Source: Macrostomum lignano (lineage: Eukaryota). From it: a stretch of 64,000 nucleotides of DNA. A program made the translations under genes and the position numbers. The notes beneath the pieces are model-generated. The model was not told the origin of the DNA, ran no database searches, and saw nothing but the letters and a program-made list of their open reading frames with translations. The stretch is from assembly GCA_002269645.1 (NCBI GenBank), contig NIVC01000405.1, positions 304,956 to 368,955 on the forward strand. The letters are read 5' to 3'. Of this stretch, positions 24,379-35,700 are shown in pieces. The first letter of the stretch is position 1. Every line of letters begins with the position of its first letter.

Positions 24379-26725
24379 TTTGTATCTAAGTGCTTAGACT
24401 GCTGTCAGTGAATGAGACAGATGAATTTTGAACAGGGCATGAAATTTACCCAGTTTTTATCCCTTTAAACAAGTAAATTAGTCTCGACCAATAAGAGAAA
24501 TGGAAAAAAGCTACACCAGATTTTATATGAAGAAGAGATTTGTTTAATGCGAAATACGTTTACACCTCTTAGGGCCCTACTATAAGTAGGAAATTAAGAC
24601 TCGTAACCATTTTTGTCTTTAGCCCTGCAATATGCTAATAAAATCTTGACTGCCTGTCTAAACCCCCCCCCCCATTGCAACCCCACATCTCCCCACCCGA
24701 AGCTATCCAATAGTAAACCAGCTGTCATTTTCCGTGACCCCCACCTCAGCTGTGGCCATCTTGGTGTGTGGCCATCTTGGTCTTACACCGATATTAAGTA
24801 TAGTATGTACTATATAGTAGAGTAAATAGTATATAGTATAATATAATATAATAGTATTTAATATAATTAATTGCCATTTACCCAAAATGCAAAATTTTAA
24901 ATTCAAAAGCAAGTAGAGTCAAGGGCCCTAAACAAGTATGATCATTATAATTCAGACCATTGTCTATTGTAGGACCTGCTAATCCATCATTCTTTAGATT
25001 GATCCTAAATATGTTATGACTTGATACAATTCAGAATGCAATTTGATATAATCAATAAACATTTAGCAACACTCCAGCAATATCTAAATAGGCAATGATT
25101 AATTAAATATAGGCTATATACATAGGCTTCAGCTCCACATGGGTTGTTGCCATGATATATAGACACAGTCAGTATGGTTGTATTCCAATTTTATAAACTT
25201 TATTGATTGCTCGCATTTAAGGCTACAACTGTTACACTATGACTATCACCATTGAATAAGTTGAATAAAATAATCTAGACAAGCAAATCATTCTATTCTT
25301 TGTGTTTTACAGTAGGTATACATGTTATCTTTTAGAAAAAAACCATTTTAGATGCTCAGTCAACCAAAACTTTTTGGGAATTCAAAAGCATTTTTTGTCT
25401 CCATATGGGCATGTTTCTGTGGCTACAATTGTCACACCTACTAAAATGTGCCTCATTCAATTTCAAATAAAAAATATAGTTCCAAAAACCTTTTTTCTAT
25501 AAATTACAATGTAGACTTGTTATTTAAGGACCACAAAACTAGTACAATTTTTTATATTACAATTCAACATTATATTCTAAAACCTATGATCATCATACTT
25601 GTGGTTGTGGACATATATGCCCAACCTCAAAATTTCACCCATCTGGTGCAACTTAGTTCCTCTTGATTGCAATTTAGTTCCTCCAATTGCAACTTAATGT
25701 TCATTTTGTATATGAGCTTTTTTGCCTTTTTCTCTTTTCTTCTTTTTCTCTTTCTCACCTTTCTTTTCCTTTTCTCTTTTTTCTATCCTCTCTTTTCCTT
25801 TTCTCTTTTCTCTATCCTCTATTTTCCTTTTCTCTTTTCTCTATCCTCTCTTTTCTTTTTCTCTTCCTTTCCTTTCTTTCTTCCCCCAATTTTTTGTTTT
25901 TTTTGAATTTTCAATTTTGCAACTTACCTTGGCCAATGGCCATTTTACCTATTTGGTTTAGACAGGTTGGACGGATATTAGGCATGTATGCTTATGGAAT
26001 TGCCTAGTCCATAGTCAGGATAGCATATCTGTGCCAGAATGAATCCTCTGGCTAAAAAATGCTAACCCAAAAATATAGATGCAGTATTAATTAGTTGAGA
26101 AGGCATTTAGCCTTAATGAGCCAGTCAGTTACTTTTGCCATTCATCCAAAATTGCATTAACTTTTGTTTTAGTATTTCTTTCATAGGTAAGTTGTATTTT
26201 TGGTCAAAAAGTAGGTCACATGGCCAGTATAAATCAGAGAGACTATGCATGTATGTCTAGACTATAGCTTTTAATATATTAAATAAGTCTACTATAAGAG
26301 GAAAGGAGAATTTAAAGTACTAATTAAAAAAAGATAGCAAAAAATAATATAGTCTTCCTATGAATTTTAGGCTTATGACTGTCTTCTGTAGGCATTATGA
26401 CAAAAGTTTAGGCTTTTTTGGTATATTAGATTAGTTTTTAACAAAACTCAAATATATACTAGATAAAAAGGTAAAATGGCTTATTAGACAAATAAATTGG
26501 TTAAATAAAGAAGTTATAAAAATGTGTTTTTTGGCAAAAAATAATTATAGTGCTTAATAGGCAAAATGTTGTGTATTTCATTATAGACATTTTATTCTCA
26601 TACTTTTTCAGAGTAACTGGTCAGTGTACCTATTATTACACGCAGTAATATACCAGAAGTCCTGTGGCTTCAGAAAATAAATAATTCAAACAGATTTTCT
26701 TTTACAACAGCTTTTAACTAAAAAT

Positions 26726-29700
26726 ATGGAAGCAGCAACCAATGGCATTAGTCAGGCACCACCTATGCAGGAAGAACAGCAACAACAGGCGCAGTCAGTT
26801 GTTGTCAATCTATCTGGTAATAGAGTTGGCCTAGTGAAAGAAGTAGTTAGCAGTGGTGGCCAGACTATCTTCATGGAGCGTCGAGGCCCCGTGCCAGTCA
26901 CTGTGTACCAATCTGCGTCTAATTTAACAGCTTCAACTCCGTCCACTAGCTTGAGTGCTACAAGCCGACCATTTACTGCTACAACAGCTACTAATATAAT
27001 TGTTGTTAATAGTCGCGATTCAAAGTCCTCTTTTGCCACTACTGCTAGCAGTAGTAATATCAGCAGCGGCGGCGGAATTTTTGTCTTATCAAAAGATTAT
27101 TCTTCATCTTCAGCGAAGCCGATTGTTGGCAATCAGACGCGATTGTTTAGCGTATCGGCTAGTGCAACAACTGCGGCGCCTGTTGTGCTGCCGGCTGCCG
27201 CTCATGCGCCTTCCAATGCTGGCACAGCAAAGCCTACTATCATTATTGGCGGCCAAAGGGCTGCTCAGTTTAATCTGGCTGGTACTAGGATAGTCAGTCC
27301 ATCAACTGGTTACCTGCAAAGTCAACAGCAGCAGCAGCAGCAGAGTTCTCAGATGTTGCAACGGCTGCGACCACCGTCTCCTCTAAAGGTTCTTCAGGCT
27401 TCGTCCCAAGGAGCGGCAGCAACCGCTGGTATCGGTAATCGTTCATCCAAGGTGCAACCGTCTTACCTGCCGCCCGCACTGACGTCGTCCTTATCTGTTA
27501 ATGTTGCTAATCAGCAGCAGCAGCCGCCGCCGCTAGCAGCAAATGAAGTTATAATTGGCGATGCCGTGGCTGCCGATTCAGTCCATTTGGCTAATTCGAC
27601 GAGTTCGCCTTCGCAGCCAACGCAGTCTAATTTGATAACTAGTAGACGTAAACAGCGTCTATTGGAAGGCCACGGCACTGTCGCTGTTCCTAATGTCTCC
27701 AAATTTACTCCTACTACTACTACTAGCAAAAGTAGTGCAGGAAGTGCAATCTCTGTTCGTTGTATTTGTCAGTACACGCACGACGACGGCAATTGTGTAC
27801 AGTGTGTCGCTTGTCAGTAAGTTTTACGGCACTTAAATTCGTGTTCTTTGAGTATATTAGGTGAGGCTTCTCTTAAGTAGCCGAGGTCTTTTGAGTAACT
27901 GAGGTTTCCCTTGAGTAGCTCAGGTATCCCTTGAGTAGCTCAGGTATCCCTTGAGTAGCTCAGGTGTCCCTTGAGTAGCTCAGGTGTCCCTCGAATAGCT
28001 GAAGTGCCCTTGAGTAGCTGAGGTGTCCTTTGGGTAGCTCAGGTGTTATCTGAGTAGCTCAGGTGTCCCTTGAGTAGCTCAGGTGTCCCTCGAATAGCTG
28101 AAGTGCCCTTGAGTAGCTGAGGTCCCTTGGGTAGTTGAGGTGAGGTGTTTCTTGAGTAGCTCAGGTGTCCCTCGAATAGCTGAGGTGTTCCTTGAGTAGC
28201 TGAAGTGTTCCTTGAGTAGCTGAGGTGTTCCTTGAGTAGCTGAGGTGTTCCTTGAGTAGCCGAAGTGTTCCTTGAGTAGTTCAGGTGTCCCTTAAATAGC
28301 TAAGGTGTCCCTTTAATAGCTGAGGTGTCCCTTGAGTAGGTTAGGTGAGGTGTTTCTTGATTATCATATATTAAGTGAAGTGTCTTTCGAGTAAGTGAAG
28401 TATGGTCAGGTGCGAGGTATGACTGGGAAAGGGAAAGTCTGAGTTTGGTGAGGTGTTTACTCGTATCTTTGCAGTAGTAGAGTTGCTAAAGTGTCTTCTG
28501 AAAAGGTGTGCGACTTTAAAATCGATTAGTTAGCCGCACTAAATTCGCCTGTCACATAAAAATGTACACCCCTTGTCTTTACTCATATCTTCCGCGCAGC
28601 GTATGGCAGCACGTTGACTGCATGATGTTAAGAACTGCCGAATCGGAGTCGCTACTAAGCTATCAGTGCGAGCAATGCCAGCCAAAGCCTGTGAACGTTT
28701 CTAGGGCGATGCGACTGCAGACTAGAAAGTTGGATAAGCTGCGCGAAATTCGCAGCCAAGCTGGACTCGGTGAGTTGCCGGTGAGATTCTTCCTTTAGAA
28801 GAAAAAGTACTCAAGTTTCTTCCTTATACTAAGCTAAGACCCCAGAAGCATCGCTGAGATTTCTCTGAGACTCCTTTTAAACTATCGACAACAACTTATA
28901 ATTTGAAGCCTATTCATAAACAGCCGTGAAACGCCCTATAGACATTTATAAACAGCCCCCAAAACACCTTATAATTATTAATAAAAAGCCACGAAACACT
29001 ATAAGCTAGCTCGTCAAGATCCGCCTGAAACACTTCATAAATAAACGCACTACAAAAAGTCTGAAACACACAATAAGGACACTAAAAACAGTCTGTAACA
29101 CACCATAAATACATTCCAAATAGTCTAAAACACACCATAAACACACTAAAAACAGTCTGAAACACACCATAAACACACTACAAACAGTCTGAAACACACC
29201 ATAAACACACTACAAACAGTCTGAAACACACCATAAACACACTACAAACAGTCTGAAACACACCATAAACACACTACAAACAGTCTGAAACACACCATAA
29301 ACACACTACAAACAGTCTGAAACACACCATAAACACACTACAAACAGTCTGAACGACTTGTCTACATTTGTCCAATCTCACTAGATTCATATTCAAAACA
29401 AAACATTCCAGCGCCTAAAGCTAGTCCGTCTCTTTCAACCAAGAAGACAGCAGCTCAGGCCGCTATAAGTTCAACTCGTCAGCCAATCGCGGCGGCAAAA
29501 TATCGCGAAGCTCGCGAGCCAGTCTACTCTGATCAGTTTAATCGCAGATTTGCTCGCCTCATGCTAGCATTGTACGGCTCGGCTAATGCCAGCGTGCCAT
29601 TGCGGCAGCAGGATGATAGCTGCGCCAGCGACTATAGAGAGGATCCTACTGAACTGCTACTGGCGCAGCGTTGTCGGGTTGTACAGCCGGGCAGGCTGGA

Positions 29701-32700
29701 AGCCACTCTAAGCCTGTCGCCAGGCGATCCAGTTATCGAATATCGCGGCCGCGTCTGCCTACCGGAAGAACTTCCGTCGTCGTCTCTAGGCAGTAGATTT
29801 GTACTTTATTACGCCGGTTTCGATTCGAATTGTTGGACAGCGACTCAAACTGAATCGAACTCTATCTCCAATTTGCCATTGGTTGCTATAGACGCTAGTA
29901 ACCTTGGCAACGATGCTAGATATGTTAGACGATCGTGCAGACCGAACTGTTCGGTGCAGCATCTGGTATTGGACGGCCGGCCGCACCTAATACTTATAGC
30001 TAATGAAAGGCTAAGACCCGGAGACGAATTAACGTTACCATTCGATTTCGACTATCAATTGCGTAAAAGTCCAGTAGCGTGCGCCTGTTCCAGACCGCAC
30101 ACGTGTCCTGTTAGACTGTTCTTTCAACGATTGCAGCAGCACAGCGCCGCAGCTGCTGTTGTTGAACAAGATTCTCAACCGGACGATGACGACGTCGGTG
30201 ATGAAGAGGGGGACAATCAGTCGGTGTCTTCGACAACGTCAATTTCGACTGCAAATCGTTCGTCTGCTACTGAAGCTTCCCGGTCTAGCGTTGCCGGGGC
30301 GTTTGACGATTTAATTGGCGATATACACGCGTCGGCTAGTAAGAAACGGGCTGCGACTGGTGCCGCTTTTAAAAAGCCCGGCTCTGGAGGGAAAAGTCGT
30401 GTAAGTTATGTTATTGGATATTCCACTCATACTGCATAGACACCTGATAAGCTCATAACTTATACTAACACACTTCATTTCTTGAGCATTAATCTACTCA
30501 CTCAAAATGCTCAAATTGGTCATTAACCTACTCACTCGGGATACTCAAATTGGTCATTAACCTACTCTCTTGGGATACTCCAATAGGTCATTGACCTACT
30601 CACTCGGGATACTCCAATAGGTCATTAACCTACTCACTCGGGATACGCCAATAGGTCATTGACCTACTCACTCGGGATACTCCAATAGGTCATTAACCTA
30701 CTCTCTTGGGATACTCCAATAGGTCATTGACCTACTCACTCGGGATACTCCAATAGGTCATTAACCTACTCACTCGGGATACGCCAATAGGTCATTGACC
30801 TACTCACTCGGGATACTCCAATAGGTCATTAACCTACTCTCTTGGGATACTCCAATAGGTCATTGACCTACTCACTCGGGATACTCCAATAGGTCATTAA
30901 CCTACTCACTCGGGATACGCCAATAGGTCATTGACCTACTCACTCGGGATACTCCAATAGGTCATTAACCTACTCACTCGTGTTACTCAAATCGGTCATT
31001 AACCTACTCACTCAAGTACTCCAATGAGTCATACATATTGACATATTCTATGGTCTTCGATCTTGTCCTTCTATCCATTTGTATATATTACCCTGTCAAC
31101 TGTATAAATTTCCACTGACAGACTCCGCTGTTGAATACTGATTTGCAGAAGGCCAATCGCAGCATATCCTTTGATACGCCAGCCTCAACCTCAACCAAAG
31201 TGCACAATCGTCAGAATTCTCAGCCTGAAAAAAAGACAAAGAAAAATACCTCAACAACAGCTGTAAGTCGTTATTCTTAAGTATAGAAAGCTTTAACAAA
31301 TATAGATGGTCTTAAGTCTGTTTGATGCGCGCAAATTTGCTCAGAAATATTCAACTACTTTGTAGTAGTATATGTAGCATTTAGTCATAGCCAAATAGGT
31401 GAGAGAACTACAGTACTTCCTACTTGTTAAACCATATTCGCATGTTCATATCAAGGCTCGCAGCATCTCAGTTGACCAAGCCAACGATGCAGCAGCAGCA
31501 GCCTCACCAACTACTGCTGATGCTCAGCAACAGGGCTCGTCTAATTTGGTGAGTTTAATGTAAATACATTAAAATATAGCTAACAATAAATTGTTACATC
31601 GCTTTTGACAACTTATTCGAATGGCGATATTGTTTGTTGGCATTTCGTCAGCAATCTCTACTGTCGCTGTTTCGCGTTTGTTTAAAAAGCAACATAAAAA
31701 GGCAAACGTGCTAAGATAGTCTTTACCAATCGTTGTTGTCCTATACGCTATAAGCTTTCATACAACAAGCGAATGACAGACTTTCACATTTTTATGCCTT
31801 TTCTGGTATCATAAACGTTTAGGTTTTCTATATATGCATTGCACCTGCATTTCAATGGCCCCGATTCTTCAGTGGTTAGCTACAATCGGATGTACAGATC
31901 TAGACTCTAAAGTATAAATATGCAATCTAAAGTACAAATATACACCCTAAAGTACAGTGTAACCGTAAAAGTACAAATATACACCCGAAAATGTAGGTAT
32001 ATACCCTAAAGTACAAATATACACCCTAAAGTATATGTATAACCGTAAAGTACAAATATACACCCGAAAGTATAGGTATATACCCTAAAGTACAAATATG
32101 CACCCCAAAGTACAGGCATACAGCCTAAAGTACAAATGTGCTCCCTAAAGTACAGATATACACACTAAAGTACAACCATACACAAGTATACATCCCTGAG
32201 CTGCGCCCTAATGTACACTCTAACTCTAGCTGGGCAACTACCGTACTAGCTTGAATCTAGCAGCAATCTTACTCAGAGCAATTTTGTCAATTTTAATCCC
32301 AAATCATTCCCCACTCAGGACCGGGAGGAGCGCTGGATGCAGGCCATGCTGAAGCGCATCGAGACCATGGAGAAGCGTCAGCGTGCAGCCAAGCGCCAAC
32401 GACAGAGAAGCAGCGAGCAGAAGCAATCGCACTCTGCTTCGTCACCTTCGGTATCCGTAGATACTGAAGAGGCCAAAGAAACTCTTGCCGCAGCCGCCGA
32501 CACGCAGTCGAAGCCTGAAGATGCTGCTGTCGCGGCTACGGTGCCAAAAGAGTCGCCGAAGTCGAAGAAAACGCCAACAAAGCATTCGGCTGGCAGCGGC
32601 GGTCAGCCAAGTCGCAAGCCGAAAAAAGAAGAAATCAGTTTTGACGAATTTGTTGAGAAATCCTCGTCGCATTCTCCGGCTGATGGAGATGAAGCTGAGC

Positions 32701-35700
32701 AAACTGAATTATCGACCATAGCAACGCCATCAAAGCGACCGAAGAACGCTGGTGTCGCTTCATCCAATTCGTCGCCATTGAAATCGCCGCAGCCGCAGCA
32801 GCCTCAGTCGGCAGCTTCAACGGCAGAATCTGCGTCACGTAATCCGGCTGAATCTCGGGAAGACCGCCTATTGCAGATGTACATCAAGCGTATCGAACAG
32901 ATGGAACGTCGCGCGGGCGCTTCTTCGTCGAGGAAACGACAGAAATCATCAACTGGAGAAGGTGGCGGAGCCAGTTCCACCTCGCCTTCGCCAAAGAAGC
33001 CCCGGCCAACTGCTGACAATGCCCAGAATTCCCAACCTGCTCAACAGGGAAAGCAGCGCGACTCCACTAACGGGGCTGGCGACCAAGCCGATGACGACAA
33101 TTCGTCTTTAAGCTCGTCGGATGACGATACTATGAACTTTCTTGACGACGATTTGATTGCTAGAGAGAGGCGAGAACGCCGGGAGGCAAGGAAATCGCCA
33201 AGGCACCGGGTGTTCCATTCGCCGCCTCCTCAGCAGTCTAAATCTTCTATGTTGTCGTCATCAGCTATGACGGCCGCGAGCAGTAGGTCGCCTATGAAAA
33301 CGCCGACTCGTTCAGCCGCTGAAGAGGCATTGGTGTCTGTAAGTTCACAAGTAGAGGGAAATTATTTTTCTAGTTGCGTACTAGATACAAGATAAGATAC
33401 CATTTTATAAAAGATACCATTAGCATCATTAGCACCATTAGCACCATACCATCATACCATACCATACCATCTTTTATATAGATATAAAAGATACCACTTA
33501 ATATATCAGGGCCTGCACGCTTTAGAGTCCATTCCTGCACGCTTTAGAGTCCATTTCTGCACGCTTTAGAGTCCATTCCTGCACGCTTTAGAGTCCATTT
33601 CTGCACGCTTTAGAGTCCATTTCTGCACGCTTTAGAGTCCATTTCTGCACGCTTTAGAGTCCATTTCTGCACGCTTTAGAGTCCATTCCTGCACGCTTTA
33701 GAGTCCATTCCTGCATGCTTCAGAGTCCATTCCTGCCCTGCACGCTTTAGAGTCCATTTCTGCACGCTTTAGAGTCCATTTCTGCATGCGTCAGATTCCA
33801 TTCCTGCACGCTTTAGAGTCCATTCCTGCACGCTTTACAGTCCATTCCTGCACGCTTTAGAGTCCATTTCTGCACGCTTTACAGTCCATTTCTGCACGCT
33901 TTAGAGTCCATTTCTGCACGCTTTAGAGTCCATTCCTGCATGCTTCAGAGTCCATTCCTGCCCTGCACGCTTTAGAGTCCATTTCTGCACGCTTTAGAGT
34001 CCATTTCTGCATGCGTCAGAGTCCATTTCTGCACGCTTTAGAGTCCATTCCTGCACGCTTTAGAGTCCATTCCTGCATGCTTCAGAGTCCATTCCTGCCC
34101 TGCACGCTTTAGAGTCCATTTCTGCACGCTTTAGAGTCCATTTCTGCATGCGTCAGATTCCATTCCTGCACGCTTTAGAGTCCATTCCTGCACGCTTTAG
34201 AGTCCATTCCTGCACGCTTTAGAGTCCATTTCTGCATGCGTCAGAGTCCATTTCTGCACGCTTTAGAGTCCATTCCTGCACGCTTTAGAGTCCATTCCTG
34301 CACGCTTTACAGTCCATTTCTGCACGCTTTAGAGTCCATTTCTGCACGCTTTAGAGTCCATTCCTGCATGCTTCAGAGTCCATTCCTGCACGCTTTAGAG
34401 TCCATTCCTGCACGCTTTATAGTCCATTCCTGCACGCTTTAGAGTCCATTTCTGCACGCTTTAGAGTCCATTCCTGCACGCTTTAGAGTCCATTCCTGCA
34501 CGCTTTAGAGTCCATTTCTGCACGCTTCAGAGTCCATTCCTGCACGCTTTAGAGTCCATTCCTGCACGCTTTAGAGTCCATTCCTGCACGCTTTAGAGTC
34601 CATTCCTGCACGCTTTAGAGTCCATTTCTGCACGCTTTAGAGTCCATTTCTGCACGCTTCAGAGTCCATTCCTGCACGCTTTAGAGTCCATTCCTGCACG
34701 CTTTAGAGTCCATTCCTGAACGCTTTATAGTCCATTCCTGCACGCTTTAGAGTCCATTTCTGCACGCTTTAGAGTCCATTCCTGCACGCTTTAGAGTCCA
34801 TTCCTGCACGCTTTAGAGTCCATTTCTGCACGCTTTAGAGTCCATTTCTGCACGCTTCAGAGTCCATTCCTGCACGCTTTAGAGTCCATTCCTGAACGCT
34901 TTATAGTCCATTCTTGCATCTTAGGGTACATTCCTGCAAAATTTAGAGTATATTCCTCCACAGTAAAGTTCATTTCTGTACACAAAGGTGCGGCAGTTTA
35001 AAAAATGTTTAGACTGGGAGAAGGCAGTCATTAATCTGCATGTCCCATGTACACTGGAGTAACAAAAGCAACGTCGATTGCGAGCGAGTCTCTTATCAGG
35101 AAATGGCAATGGAATAGCGCTCCTGGTTTTATTATCGTCAGTGTGCAGAAATTATTCTGTAGGTTAAGCAAAGTGGCGGCGGTTAGTACGCGGTTAGTCA
35201 CCTAATTGAAGTCAGGCACCGTGGATATTTAGCTAAGTAATAATAATAATATATTTAATTTTTACAGTCATTCGCCGCGCCAGCTGAAAAGCCGCCAGCT
35301 GACGAGCCGCAGTGCGATCGGATTATCTACACAGAAGATTGCGTTGATCCATTTGCTAAGCATATGCGAAGGCAAGCGTCTGAGCCGGCCAGTAGTTCAA
35401 TAGATTTGCAGACATCGTCATCTTCCATTGCCTCCTCGGCCGCTGCCACCGCTACCACAACGTCAACATCGGCTAAGAAACGTTGGCTATCCAAAGCTAT
35501 TAGAGATTATAGCGAGGAGGCTGGGGTATCTTCATCTGTCAATAATAATACAAATAATCTGAGCTTATCTCCGACCATGCCGCCGCCGCCGCCTCCTCCG
35601 CCGACGCAGCCGCCTGCATTGACTTCGCCCGAAGAGATGCCGTTGAAAAAGCGACTAAGGGCTGTCCATTCTTGCGAAGAAGCTTCATCAGTGCCAGCCG

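Larger units (their letters stand above)
19631..24789. mobile_element. 5.16-kb TIR DNA transposon (probably Mutator-like, non-autonomous) with 8-bp TSD
   Basis: Perfect 35-bp inverted core GACCAAGATGGCCACACACCAAGATGGCCACAGCT (19638-19672 / 24748-24782), extending imperfectly to GG...CC termini; TSD GATATTAA at 19623-19630 and 24790-24797. Confidence 0.8.

Noticed and set aside
33510-34920. Regular repeat arrays as CRISPR
   Set aside because: Head-to-tail units with no unique spacers and no cas genes, in a eukaryotic intron.
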